Positions 9,206-19,291 of a stretch of 64,000 bases of DNA are shown piece after piece; within the stretch, counting starts at the first letter, position 1; each line of letters starts with the position of its first letter. Made by a program: the position numbers and the translations under genes. Source of the DNA: an uncultured delta proteobacterium (GTDB lineage Bacteria > Myxococcota_A > Polyangia > Polyangiales > Polyangiaceae); assembly GCA_963850305.1 (NCBI GenBank), contig CAWKKR010000007.1, forward strand, positions 544,001-608,000, given 5' to 3'. The notes under the pieces are model-generated. The model made no database searches, had not been told where the DNA came from, and saw nothing but the letters and a program-made list of their open reading frames with translations.

Positions 9206-10564
9206 ATGGTGGAAGACCGCGTCGAAGAAGCGATCACCGTAGCCGAGCTGGCGCATCGTCTCCGGCGTGCCGTCGAGGGGACGACCGGCAAAGCCTGGGT
9301 CGAAGGTGAGGTCACGTCGTTCAAGGCGGCGGCGAGTGGCCACCTTTACTTCACGCTGAAGGACGAACGCGAAGACGCGTGTGTAGAGTGTGTCATGTAC
9401 AGGACTCAAGCTCTCCGTGCTCGGCGATTTCTGGCCGATGGGTCACGCGTGCAGCTCCTCGGGCGCGCGACGGTGTGGGCGCCCCGTGGCCGTCTGCAGC
9501 TCGTCGCCGAACACGCCCGTCCTGCGGGGCGCGGAGCGCTCCTCGCCGCTCTCGAAGCCCTGAAGGAGAAGCTCGAGGCGGAGGGACTCTTCGATCCAGC
9601 GAAGAAGCGCGCGCTTCCGGCCGAGCCCCGCGTGGTCGGCGTCGTGACGAGCGCGCATGGCGCAGCCATCCACGATATCGTGACCGTTGCATTTCGTCGC
9701 GGAGGCGCGCGTATCGTTCTGAGCCCAGCAAGCGTGCAAGGGGAAGGCGCCGCGTCGAGCATCGTTGCCGCGATCGACCGGCTCGAGCGCTATCCGGGCC
9801 TGGACGTGCTCATCGTCGGACGTGGCGGCGGCTCGAACGAAGATCTTATGGCGTTCAACGACGAGCGCGTCGTCCGTCGCGTTGCTCGGACGGTCGTGCC
9901 GGTCGTGAGTGCTGTGGGACACGAAATCGACGTAACGCTCACGGATTGGGTCGCGGACGTCCGCGCCGCGACACCGTCCCAGGCCGCCGAGCTCGTCATC
10001 CCTGACACCGCGGCTCGTGCGGAAGCTCTCGCGCGTCTCGCGCGTTCGCTCGCGCGGGCCGTTCGCGCCCGGTTTCTCGAAGACCGGCACGCGCTGAACT
10101 CGTTGCGGAACAAGCTCTCCGACCCGCGCTTCGTGATCGCGGAAAAGCAACAATACGTGGACGACCTGTCGCTCCGTCTGGAGCGCCGCATCTCGAAGCA
10201 AGTCGGACGGCGTCGCGCGGCGCTGGATTCGCTCGTGTCGCGCCTTTCTTCACGGCATCCGCGTCTCGTCGTGGCGCGCGCTCGCTCGGAGTTCCACGCC
10301 CACGCTGCTCGACTCGGCGCTTTGGCGGAGCTGCGCGTAGCGCGGGCACGCGGCGCCCTGGGCGAGGTCGCATCGCGGCTGGACGCGCTCTCGCCGCTCA
10401 GCGTTCTGTCGCGTGGGTACTCCATCGCGACGCGCGCGGACGGGCACGCAGTACGCCGAGCGAGCGACGTCGTTGCAGGCGATGCGGTGGCGATCCGCGT
10501 GCACGAGGGCAGCATCGAGGCTGTCGTCCGGAACACGAGAGACGAAGGAGAGCATCCGCCTTGA
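9206..10564 (+). CDS. xseA: Exodeoxyribonuclease VII large subunit
   Basis: WVEGEV, SGHLYFTLKD, IVGRGGGS, SAVGHEID, RAATPSQAAE, LSPLSVLSRGYS. Confidence 0.97.
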   Translation: MVEDRVEEAITVAELAHRLRRAVEGTTGKAWVEGEVTSFKAAASGHLYFTLKDEREDACVECVMYRTQALRARRFLADGSRVQLLGRATVWAPRGRLQLVAEHARPAGRGALLAALEALKEKLEAEGLFDPAKKRALPAEPRVVGVVTSAHGAAIHDIVTVAFRRGGARIVLSPASVQGEGAASSIVAAIDRLERYPGLDVLIVGRGGGSNEDLMAFNDERVVRRVARTVVPVVSAVGHEIDVTLTDWVADVRAATPSQAAELVIPDTAARAEALARLARSLARAVRARFLEDRHALNSLRNKLSDPRFVIAEKQQYVDDLSLRLERRISKQVGRRRAALDSLVSRLSSRHPRLVVARARSEFHAHAARLGALAELRVARARGALGEVASRLDALSPLSVLSRGYSIATRADGHAVRRASDVVAGDAVAIRVHEGSIEAVVRNTRDEGEHPP

Positions 10565-11472
10565 ACGCGCGCGCGGCGTCGACGAGGTTCGTGCTCATCG
10601 GGCATCCCGTCCGCCATTCGCTGTCGCCCGTCATTCACGCTGCCGCGTACCGAGAGCTTGGCCTCGAAGGGTACAGCTACGATGTCGTGGATTGTCCGGG
10701 CCCCGACGCCGTTGCGCGCCAGTTCGACGCGCTCAGGAGGGGGGAACTGGCTGGCGCGAACGTCACATTGCCCTGGAAACGCCTCGCCCTCGAGCTCGCC
10801 GACGAAGCGGACCCCTCGGCGCGCGAAACCGGCGCCGCGAACGTCATTCGACCGACCGGAGCGAACGGTTCGGGTCGCTTGGTGGCGCACAACACCGACG
10901 TTCCGGCGCTCGCCGAAGAGCTCCGCCGCGGCCGAGCGGATGCGCGGAGCGCCCTGGTGATCGGCAATGGAGGAGCGGCACTCGCAGCCGTGGTCGCGTG
11001 TCGGTCGAACGGCATTTCGCGCGTCGTCGTCGTCGCGCGCAAGTGGCGTGGCACGGACTCGACGAACTGGCCCGGGGTCAGAGAACTCGGTGCGCGCGGG
11101 GCGGAGGCCGTGGCCTGGCCCGAGGAGCCCCGCGCGGACTCAGATTTCTGGCGGGCGGTGAAAACGAGCGACGTGATCGTCCAATCCACGACCGACGGTA
11201 TGAGCGGTGCAACGGACGGCACGAGCGTGCGAGACCTCATACCCTGGAGCGAACTCGGCTCGGGCACCTTCGCGTACGACGTCGTCTACAACCCGGCCCT
11301 CACACCATTCATCGCCGCGGCGCGCTCCGCCGGTCTTCGCGCGGAGAGCGGCCTCGGCATGCTTGTCGGACAGGCGGCGCTTGCAGTGGAGCTCTGGATC
11401 GGACGAAAGCCGGACACGGAGCGACTCCTGAACGCTGCATCGAAGGCGCTCGCCGAGTCGCGCAAGCCATGA
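10561..11472 (+). CDS. aroE: Shikimate dehydrogenase
   Basis: GHPVRHSLSP, GANVTLPWK, HNTD, GNGGAA, YDVVYNP, GLGMLVGQA; 4-bp overlap with xseA. Confidence 0.95.
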   Translation: MNARAASTRFVLIGHPVRHSLSPVIHAAAYRELGLEGYSYDVVDCPGPDAVARQFDALRRGELAGANVTLPWKRLALELADEADPSARETGAANVIRPTGANGSGRLVAHNTDVPALAEELRRGRADARSALVIGNGGAALAAVVACRSNGISRVVVVARKWRGTDSTNWPGVRELGARGAEAVAWPEEPRADSDFWRAVKTSDVIVQSTTDGMSGATDGTSVRDLIPWSELGSGTFAYDVVYNPALTPFIAAARSAGLRAESGLGMLVGQAALAVELWIGRKPDTERLLNAASKALAESRKP

Positions 11473-13436
11473 ATGGCCCCTGGCCGAGAGTACAGGTCGG
11501 CGGCCGGCTAGAGAACGCCGAGATGGAGTGGTTGCACACGAACGGCGCCGGCGCGTACGCGATGAGCACCATCGCGATGCGACACACACGCCGGTATCAT
11601 GGCGTCCTCGTCACGGCGCAGAATCCGCCCGTCAATCGACACGTCATCGTGAGCCACGTCGAGGCGGAAGTGGTCGTCGGTGAACGCTCGTATCGGCTCG
11701 CGGCTTTCCAGTCCCCCGGTGCGGCGCCGACGCCCGGTTATCGATTCCTCGAGAGCTTCGAGCAGGACCCGGTCCCTCGCTGGATCTACCGGCTCGGCAA
11801 AGGCCGGCTCGAAGTGAAATTGTCGCTGGTTCGTGGCAGAAACGCGGTGGTCATAGGATACGTGTGGCACGGTGCAGGCCATGCGGCGCTTCACTTGCGA
11901 CCTCTCTTGCCGCTGCGACGCATCCACACACTGACGCGCGAGCACGGAGCGATGATCCAGCGAGTGCGGATGCGGCCAGGTGAAGTCGAGATAAGACCGG
12001 TCGCGACGCTGCCGCGCATCGTGTTCGCGCACGAAGGCGTCTTTCTCGGCTCGCCGGACTGGTACCGGCGTCTCGAGTACCCCGAAGACAAACTGCGCCG
12101 CGTGGGCGGCGAGGAAGATCTCTGGACACCGGGCTCCTTCGAGGCGCGCATCGCGTCCGGCAAGGCGACCCATCTCGTGATCGGGGTAGGGGAGCGGCCG
12201 CACGCGACGCCCGAGGAGCTCGCGAACGATGCGATTTCGCACCTGCGAGCCCAGGATCCGGGACCTGAGCGGCCCCCCATCGTTCGTGAGCTTTCGATCG
12301 CCGCCGACGCGTTCTGCGCGGACCTCGGAGAGCATGCGGCCGTAATTGCCGGTTATCCGTGGCTCACGGCGCTCTCGCGCGATGAGCTCATCGCGCTCCC
12401 GGGGCTATATCTCGTCCGTGGTCGGGTCGACGGCGCGCGGCGAGTGCTCCGGACCCTCGTTGCCACGATGAAAGACGATCTGGTTCCCCGCCGCGCGTGG
12501 AGCGCTGCCGACGGCGTGTTCGTGCCCTCTCCGGACGCCACCCTGTGGCTCTTCGAAGCCGCTCGTCATCTTGCAAACGCGGTCGGCCAGGAGGACGAGT
12601 TCGTCAAAGGTACGCTTTATCCCGCGCTAGTTCGCGTATTTCGGGGCATCGTCTCCGGGACGCAGTCCGTCCTCTCGCTGTCACCCAGCGGCCTCGTGGC
12701 GAGTGGGGACGAGGAGGTGGCGCTCACGTGGATCGATACGAACACCGGAACGCCCGTGGCGACGCCGCGTCGCGGGCTCGCGGTCGAGCTCCAAGCACTG
12801 TGGAGCAAGGGCACCGAGACGCTCGCACGATTCGCTAGGGGCTACGGCGACGCCGATGTCGCGGACCAAGCGACGGCCGCATGCGCTCGGGCTCGCCAGG
12901 CCTTCGCAGATCGCTTCTGGTGCGAGAGCACTCGATACCCATACGACTGCCTGCGGAATGCCGACGACGCCGACGGTCCGATCCTCGACGCTAGCATCCG
13001 TCCGAACGCGCTCGTTGCCCTCGACGTCGATCCGGAGCTCTTCGAACGGTGGCAGGCGTCGGCCATCCTCGAACGCGTGCGCGAGAGGCTCCTGACCGTC
13101 CGTGGCGTGAGGTCGCTCGATCCGGACCAGCCCGGCTATCGCGGCGAGTACGAGGGTACTTTCGCGGAACGGACCCTCGCGTATCATCAGGGACTCGCTT
13201 GGACGCATTTGCTGGGCGCCTACGCGCGCGCCTCGCTCCGGCTTGCACCGGACGACTTCGATCTCGAGGAGAGCCTTCGTGTCCGCGTCGAGGAGGCGAG
13301 TTCCGGAGGCCCGATCCTCGGCCAGGTGACGCAGTTTGCCGACGGCGAGCCGCCGTATCGAGCCGGCGGATGCCCGGCTCAAGCCACGAGCGTCGCCGAG
13401 CTGCTGCGTACCCTAGTGTGGGACCTCGGTCTCTGA
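11469..13436 (+). CDS. Glycogen debranching enzyme family protein (GDE_N + amylo-alpha-1,6-glucosidase), possibly catalytically degenerate
   Basis: True start is ATG 11469 (ATGA overlap with aroE), not 10413. Motifs EWLHTNGAGAYA, TRRYHG, IAGYPW, LTWID, IRPN, YHQG, GCPAQATSVAE. Confidence 0.9.
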   Translation: MNGPWPRVQVGGRLENAEMEWLHTNGAGAYAMSTIAMRHTRRYHGVLVTAQNPPVNRHVIVSHVEAEVVVGERSYRLAAFQSPGAAPTPGYRFLESFEQDPVPRWIYRLGKGRLEVKLSLVRGRNAVVIGYVWHGAGHAALHLRPLLPLRRIHTLTREHGAMIQRVRMRPGEVEIRPVATLPRIVFAHEGVFLGSPDWYRRLEYPEDKLRRVGGEEDLWTPGSFEARIASGKATHLVIGVGERPHATPEELANDAISHLRAQDPGPERPPIVRELSIAADAFCADLGEHAAVIAGYPWLTALSRDELIALPGLYLVRGRVDGARRVLRTLVATMKDDLVPRRAWSAADGVFVPSPDATLWLFEAARHLANAVGQEDEFVKGTLYPALVRVFRGIVSGTQSVLSLSPSGLVASGDEEVALTWIDTNTGTPVATPRRGLAVELQALWSKGTETLARFARGYGDADVADQATAACARARQAFADRFWCESTRYPYDCLRNADDADGPILDASIRPNALVALDVDPELFERWQASAILERVRERLLTVRGVRSLDPDQPGYRGEYEGTFAERTLAYHQGLAWTHLLGAYARASLRLAPDDFDLEESLRVRVEEASSGGPILGQVTQFADGEPPYRAGGCPAQATSVAELLRTLVWDLGL

Positions 13437-13455
13437 AGAGGTAGAGTGACTTCAG

Positions 13456-14469
13456 ATGACGGCGCGCGGAGCCTCCGAGATCGAGCCTGAAACGTCCGGT
13501 GGAGCGCGGACTAGTCGGCCCGGACCGGGGCGAGCTGCGGAGTACGCGCTGCGGATCAGCGGCCTCACGAAGCGAAACTTCCGCCGCATCGTCGTGCTGC
13601 TGGTCGCGCTCATCGTCGTACCGACGTTTCTGCTGCTCGGCCTGGGCGTAGTGCTTCTGTTTCTGGGGGAACTGAACGCCAACTTGCTCATGGGCATATT
13701 GGTGCTTGCGCTGTCGGGCGCGGCGGCGACGGGGGTCATCCTCGTCTGGGTCTTCGTCTCGCGCGAAGCGAACCTGTCCCAGCTCCAGACGGATTTCGTG
13801 TCCAAGGTCTCGCACGAGCTGCGCACGCCACTGACGTCGATTCGCTTGTTCTCGGAGACGCTCGCGCTGCGCCGTGGCGACACCGCCGCCGAGGACAAAT
13901 GCATCCAGGGGCTCACGCGAGAGAGCGCCCGGCTCCAAGCACTCATCGATCGGCTCCTCGACTGGGGCCGGATGGAGAGTGGCCGGCGCGAGTACCACAT
14001 GCTCCAGACCGACGCCTACGTCATCGTGGACGAGGCAGTGGCCGCCTTCGAGCCCGTTCGCGAGCGACGCGGCGCCGACCTGCTGGTGGACGTGCCGACG
14101 GACCTGCCGTCTTTCGTTGCGGATCGTGGCGCGATGAGCGATGCGCTCTTCAACTTGCTGACGAACGCTTACAAATATGGCGGCGACCCGGCGAAGATCC
14201 GTCTATCCGTCGTGGCGAAGGACCGTCATTTGCGTTTCGCCGTGTCCGACAACGGCCAAGGGATCATGCCGCGAGAGCACAAACGCATATTCCAGAAGTT
14301 TTATCGCGTCGATGATCGGCTGTCGCGAGAGCGCGAGGGATCGGGCCTCGGCCTGGCCATCGTGAAGCATGTGATGAAGGCGCACCGCGGGAGCATCGAG
14401 GTAGACAGTCGTATCGGGCAGGGAAGCACGTTCACGCTCGTCGTCCCTCTCGCCCCCTGGGCCGGCTGA
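13456..14469 (+). CDS. Membrane sensor histidine kinase (2 TM, HisKA, HATPase_c)
   Basis: VSHELRTPLTSI, NLLTNAYKY, DNGQG, GSGLGL. Confidence 0.95.
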   Translation: MTARGASEIEPETSGGARTSRPGPGRAAEYALRISGLTKRNFRRIVVLLVALIVVPTFLLLGLGVVLLFLGELNANLLMGILVLALSGAAATGVILVWVFVSREANLSQLQTDFVSKVSHELRTPLTSIRLFSETLALRRGDTAAEDKCIQGLTRESARLQALIDRLLDWGRMESGRREYHMLQTDAYVIVDEAVAAFEPVRERRGADLLVDVPTDLPSFVADRGAMSDALFNLLTNAYKYGGDPAKIRLSVVAKDRHLRFAVSDNGQGIMPREHKRIFQKFYRVDDRLSREREGSGLGLAIVKHVMKAHRGSIEVDSRIGQGSTFTLVVPLAPWAG

Positions 14470-14470
14470 C

Positions 14471-15175
14471 ATGGCATCGAACGGAGACGAAAAGAAGATT
14501 CTCATCGTCGAGGACGACGAGAGCATCTCGCTCGGATTGAGAATGAATCTCGAAGCGGAGGGCTTCGTGGTCACGGTGGCCGAGGACGGTGAGGAAGGGC
14601 TCGCGCGCATCCGGAGCGCGGATTCGCTCGATTTGGTCATCCTGGACGTCATGCTGCCGCGCCGGAACGGGCTGGAAGTCCTGAGAGCCCTGCGGGCGGA
14701 AGGGAATGCCGTCCCCATCATCGTGCTCTCCGCCCGGGGTGCGGAGATGGACAAGGTGATGGGGCTCGAACTCGGCGCCGAGGATTACGTGACAAAGCCG
14801 TTTGGCCTCGCGGAGCTCCTGGCTCGTGTACGCGCCGTCCTCCGGCGCGACGCCATCGCGCGGCCACGCAACGACGAAGTCATCCGCACCGAGGACATCG
14901 AAATCAGCAAAGCGACGCGCGAGGTCACCAGGGCGGGCACCGTCGTTCCGCTCACGCCGACGGAATTCGACATCCTGTGGTGTCTGGTGGAAGCGGGGGG
15001 GCGAGTCCGGTCTCGCGAGCAGATCAAGGCGCGGGTCTGGGGAGCGGGGCATCACGGAACGCAGCGAACCATCGACAACTTTCTCGCCCAGCTCCGCGCG
15101 AAGCTCGAACAGGATCCGTCCGAGCCCAGGCATCTTCTGACGGTCCGCGGCGTCGGTTATCGCTTTCAGGTTTGA
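14471..15175 (+). CDS. OmpR/PhoB-family response regulator
   Basis: ILIVEDD, LDVMLP, DYVTKPF, winged helix TVRGVGYRF. Confidence 0.96.
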   Translation: MASNGDEKKILIVEDDESISLGLRMNLEAEGFVVTVAEDGEEGLARIRSADSLDLVILDVMLPRRNGLEVLRALRAEGNAVPIIVLSARGAEMDKVMGLELGAEDYVTKPFGLAELLARVRAVLRRDAIARPRNDEVIRTEDIEISKATREVTRAGTVVPLTPTEFDILWCLVEAGGRVRSREQIKARVWGAGHHGTQRTIDNFLAQLRAKLEQDPSEPRHLLTVRGVGYRFQV

Positions 15176-15212
15176 GAGACCCGTCGCGCTGAGGTAGAGA
15201 AGCGAGCCAGCC

Positions 15213-15680
15213 GTGGACCAGAATCTCCTTCGTTCCTATTTCGCCACCGTGTTCGAGTTCCCGGGAGAAAACGGGACTCAGCGCGTCTCCATCGACGGGG
15301 AGCTCGTTCGAGACGAAAACGCGCTCCCGGCCCTCCTCCGACAGGAGTTCGCCATTCTTACCGCTTACAACCCGCGGTCGATGCTCCTGCCGCGACGCGT
15401 GAACGAGTCGCGGCACGTCGTCATGCGCGACCTGCTGATCCTGGGCTGCTACCGCGTCGAGCAGTGCGTCGGGTACGAGGAGGAGCCGGAGGGCGTATGG
15501 CGCGAGCCATCGTGGCTCGTGCACGGGATCGATCGGGACGAGGCCATCAACTTCGGCCGTACTTTCCGGCAAAATACGATCGTTTATTGTCGGGCTTCGC
15601 GCCCGGAGCTCATCGTCACCGACCCGACGTGCGACGCGGTCGGGAAGACCTACCAGGGCAACTGGCGCGTGCGGAGCTGA
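15213..15680 (+). CDS. DUF3293-like protein
   Basis: AILTAYNPRS..N..RH, WREPSW, FRQNTIVY pattern. Confidence 0.7.
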   Translation: MDQNLLRSYFATVFEFPGENGTQRVSIDGELVRDENALPALLRQEFAILTAYNPRSMLLPRRVNESRHVVMRDLLILGCYRVEQCVGYEEEPEGVWREPSWLVHGIDRDEAINFGRTFRQNTIVYCRASRPELIVTDPTCDAVGKTYQGNWRVRS

Positions 15681-15718
15681 GACCCGATAGCGGGACCTGT
15701 GCACCGAAGAGCGCGCGA

Positions 15719-16714
15719 TCAACCCGAGCCGAACGCGCGATCCGACACGCGGCGCGCCTCCTGGAGCTCGTCTCGGGTGTCGGCCGTGGCACCGTCGCGG
15801 GACTCCGCGTACACACCTCGATACGGACCGGGCAGGAGGCGTCCGATAGCCACGCCCACGGCGTCCATCGCGAGGCGCTTGTTGCTCGCGCAGGCGCTCG
15901 ACAAAAGATCCGCTGCAATCGGCTTCCCGATACGGAACGAGACCCGTGTCGGGTGAACGCGCTCTTCGCCGACCGGGACGAATCGCTCCGAGCCCGATAC
16001 GGCGATCGGGACGAGCAAGGTGTCGGCGCCCTCGAGGTAGCGGGCAACTGCCGGCAGGGCTCTTTGCATCGATGCGGTCCGGCTTCGCGTACCCTCGACG
16101 AAAATGAGCAAGGCGTCTCCGGCGCGCTGCCGTTCGCGCGCGATTTCGATCGTGGCGAGCGCCCGGCGCGCGACCTCCCGTGCCGACATGACCGCTTCAT
16201 CCGAGGAGCGCGTGCTCGACTGCGGTGTCTTGATCGTCCCGAACGCGAGGCTCGAGAACCGCCTCATCGGCTCCGAATAGACCTTCGGTCCTGCAATGAC
16301 GGTCAGGCGATCCGCGATGCTCGCCCACCCGGCGCGATAGAGGAGGATCTGGAAGAGGTTAGCGTCCGAATACGATAGATGATTCGACAAGAACACTGCG
16401 GACCGGTCTCGAACCGGCGCCAGGTTCGCGCCATCGAGTAACCCTGAGTCAGGTGTCACCGCGAGCTCTGCCACGGCGTAGTGGATGAGCTTGGCGAGCG
16501 GCTCGGGCGGGTAATACGTGAAAGAGGCTCCAGTCGTGAGCAGTCGCTCGATGAGTCGCGCGACCGATTGGCTGCCGTGTTTCTCGCAGAGACCCATGAG
16601 GTTGGCGCGGAGAGTCTCCTGAGCCTCTCTGGACTGCTCGGCTACGAATCCGACAATCCGGTCGATGAGCACGCGCTCGGCCGTAACGGTCGACTCAGTG
16701 GGCGAATCCGACAT
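15719..16714 (-). CDS. Glycerolipid acyltransferase (PlsC superfamily; soluble GPAT-like)
   Basis: HX4D motif SNHLSYSD and FVEGTRSR. Confidence 0.85.
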   Translation of the reverse strand: MSDSPTESTVTAERVLIDRIVGFVAEQSREAQETLRANLMGLCEKHGSQSVARLIERLLTTGASFTYYPPEPLAKLIHYAVAELAVTPDSGLLDGANLAPVRDRSAVFLSNHLSYSDANLFQILLYRAGWASIADRLTVIAGPKVYSEPMRRFSSLAFGTIKTPQSSTRSSDEAVMSAREVARRALATIEIARERQRAGDALLIFVEGTRSRTASMQRALPAVARYLEGADTLLVPIAVSGSERFVPVGEERVHPTRVSFRIGKPIAADLLSSACASNKRLAMDAVGVAIGRLLPGPYRGVYAESRDGATADTRDELQEARRVSDRAFGSG

Positions 16715-16729
16715 GCGGGCTTCGAGAAC

Positions 16730-19144
16730 CTAGCGACTCGCCTCGTCCAGCCGGCGCATTCCTTCGAGGAGTAGCATTTCCGGGCTCGACTGGATCACCT
16801 TCTCCGGGGGCTGGACGGTGGGATCGATCGTGAACTCACCCGTCGAGACGCCGACAATCGCATAGAAAGCTTCCTCGCCCCGGAGGGCCCTGAAGATCGC
16901 GTCCACGATAGTTCCGTCCTTGAAGAAGACGGACCCCTGCTCGCCGTCGGAGGAGAGCTGGAGCGCGCCCGTCTTCCGTCCCTGGTGCAGGATTTGAACG
17001 AGATCTGGGATTGCCATTTCCTCCAGCGAGCCGCTCACACCGCGGACCCGCTTCGCGCTCTGACTCTGTTCCAGCAACCGTCGAAGCTTTGCGACGACCA
17101 CGGGCGTCGCAATCGGCTTGAACAGGTAGTCGGCGGCGCCTCCATCGATGGCCTCGGCAACCCTGGTGGCGTCGGTATGCTCGGACAGAAAGACGAACGG
17201 GATCGATTCTCCTCCCGGCCGAGCGCGGATCTTCTGCAACAGTTCGAAGCCGGTACCGCCTTCCAGATCCATCTCGCTCAATACGATGTCCACTGCGGCG
17301 CTCTCGACGAAGTGAACCGCATCTTCGATGCCCCGCACGACGTGTACGTCATAGCGCTTCTCCATGAGCGCGAGTTCGAGCACTGTCGTCTCCTCGATGT
17401 CGGGATCCACCAGCAGCACGCAGCCCCGATCGCCTCGCAGGCGCTGGGCGATCTCGTCTCCGAGGACCGCGTGCACGAATCGGTTCACGACCTTCGGATC
17501 GAAAACCTGGCCCTGCAGTTCGCGAAGGGCTTCGCACGCTTCCGGTGCGGTGAGGACCCTCCGGAACGAGTTGCGCGGGTTGTTCGTCAGGTCGGCGTAG
17601 CTGTCGCAGATGGCCAAGATTCGGCTTTCGAGCGGGATTTCTTGCCCCTTCAGGCTGTCCGGGAAGCCTTCGCCGTCGTAGCGCTCGTACATGTGCAGCA
17701 CGGTGGTCGTCGCCGTCGTAGCGAGCTTTGCCGAATCGACCACGCGGGCCGGTGTCGCGTAGAGCTTCTGTGCCGCCGCCCGGTGCCCGTCGAAGCGAGC
17801 GACGTTGTAGGGCGTGAGATGATAACTCGAGGCCTTTCCGAAATCGTGGATCAGCGCCGCAATTTCCGCCGCCCGCGCGCGCGCTTTCGGCACGTCGAAC
17901 TTCGCGCAGACCGTGCTGACGAGTCGTGCGGTCTGGATGGAGTGCCCGCGGAGATCCTTCCGGTTCCCTTCGAGCAAGGACACCATCAAGACCGCGAACT
18001 GGAACGGATCCCCGATCCCCTGCGGCGGTTCCGAATCCCTCGAGACAGGTGTCGCCCGATCGTGCCCGGCGAGGCGTCCCGTATCGCGGGCTCGCGGGGG
18101 CGTCCCGCTTGGCGATGCGGGCGGCTCGGAACGTACCAGCTCCGGCGAGAGTGTCATTGGCAGTGGCGACACGTCCGCGGGATCGAGCTCCTCCGGTGGT
18201 GGCGGTGGCGGTGTCAACGCTACCCGTTGCGAGACGGCCGAGGGCCGTGTGGGCAGCGACGGCCGTGGCTGGGTCGGGCGTGTCGGCACGGTCGGCGCGG
18301 GGATGGATCGCGCCGGGGCGGGCGGAGCATGACCGGGGCCGGCCGTCGGCGTTGGCGTTGGCGAGCGAGGAACGCCCCGAGCCAGCGGCGCGACCGGCGT
18401 TCCTCGTGAAACAACGACGCCGGCAGATGGAGCAACATAGGTCTCGGCCGTGGGCGTCCGTTGGGCGGCGTATTGTCCGGAGGGGCGTGGCGCCCCTGGG
18501 TACGAAAGGCGTCCGGTGTCGGATCGCGGCGCGGATTCCTGAGTTGCCGCAGCGCTACCGCCCTCGGTGAGCACCGTCTCGTTGCGCTGGACCTGAAGGG
18601 CGGCGATCGGATCGCGTTCGAGAGCTTGCGCGACGTCGTACTTTTCGTTCCGGAGCAGGGCGAACGCGAAGTCGTCCCCCTGGTAAAACTTACGCACGGC
18701 AGCATCGACCGCCGCCGGGCGTGCAACGAGCGCGCGGATCGTGCGGACCTGGGTCGCGATCTCGAGTTCTTTCAAGGTCTCCGCGTCGTCCGGATCCGAT
18801 ATCACGACCGTCAGCACGGACCGCTGGCGATCCAGGAGAACGGGGACGGCTTGACGTTGCTCCGCGATCGCAGCGGGCACGAGCGCAAGCGTTCGCTTGT
18901 CGACTGCCGCAGCTGAGAGCTTGGCCGTGGAAATGTATTGAACCCGGTACATTTCTGCCAGTACACGAAGCAGCTGATCCTCGGGCAAGCCCGCCTCGAT
19001 GAGTGCTTCCTCGAACCGGAGCCCCTTCACGTTGCGGTGCCGAGCCGCCGAATCATGAAGATCGCGAGTGATCCGCCCTTCGGCGAGGAGTCGCCGCGCG
19101 ACGCGTTCCGACGGATCGCGGAGTTTCTTGAGACCCGTGGCCAC
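16730..19144 (-). CDS. Multidomain signalling protein: MshEN/T2SSE_N - Pro-rich linker - HD-GYP-like - REC - DUF4388
   Basis: N-terminal GspE-N-like region; HDFGK and ERYDGEGFP; LLVDPD..DYLFKP; C-terminal GSLEEMAIPDLVQILHQGRKTG..LLLEGMRRLDE. Confidence 0.85.
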   Translation of the reverse strand: MATGLKKLRDPSERVARRLLAEGRITRDLHDSAARHRNVKGLRFEEALIEAGLPEDQLLRVLAEMYRVQYISTAKLSAAAVDKRTLALVPAAIAEQRQAVPVLLDRQRSVLTVVISDPDDAETLKELEIATQVRTIRALVARPAAVDAAVRKFYQGDDFAFALLRNEKYDVAQALERDPIAALQVQRNETVLTEGGSAAATQESAPRSDTGRLSYPGAPRPSGQYAAQRTPTAETYVAPSAGVVVSRGTPVAPLARGVPRSPTPTPTAGPGHAPPAPARSIPAPTVPTRPTQPRPSLPTRPSAVSQRVALTPPPPPPEELDPADVSPLPMTLSPELVRSEPPASPSGTPPRARDTGRLAGHDRATPVSRDSEPPQGIGDPFQFAVLMVSLLEGNRKDLRGHSIQTARLVSTVCAKFDVPKARARAAEIAALIHDFGKASSYHLTPYNVARFDGHRAAAQKLYATPARVVDSAKLATTATTTVLHMYERYDGEGFPDSLKGQEIPLESRILAICDSYADLTNNPRNSFRRVLTAPEACEALRELQGQVFDPKVVNRFVHAVLGDEIAQRLRGDRGCVLLVDPDIEETTVLELALMEKRYDVHVVRGIEDAVHFVESAAVDIVLSEMDLEGGTGFELLQKIRARPGGESIPFVFLSEHTDATRVAEAIDGGAADYLFKPIATPVVVAKLRRLLEQSQSAKRVRGVSGSLEEMAIPDLVQILHQGRKTGALQLSSDGEQGSVFFKDGTIVDAIFRALRGEEAFYAIVGVSTGEFTIDPTVQPPEKVIQSSPEMLLLEGMRRLDEASR

Positions 19145-19291
19145 CAGGCGCCGAGCTTACTACACCGGGCCCGCCTAGGCCCTGGGAGCCGTTCTTACTG
19201 GCCCGAGCGTCCGAAACCGATCCAGCAGAAACCGTCGTCGGTATCGGCTAGCCGGGGTGCGTAGTCCAGGTACAATCCGGACGGACCTCGT

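Noticed and set aside
10413..11468. Apparent 350-aa N-terminal extension making a 1007-aa debranching enzyme
   Set aside because: Overlaps xseA and aroE in another frame; the real start is ATG 11469.
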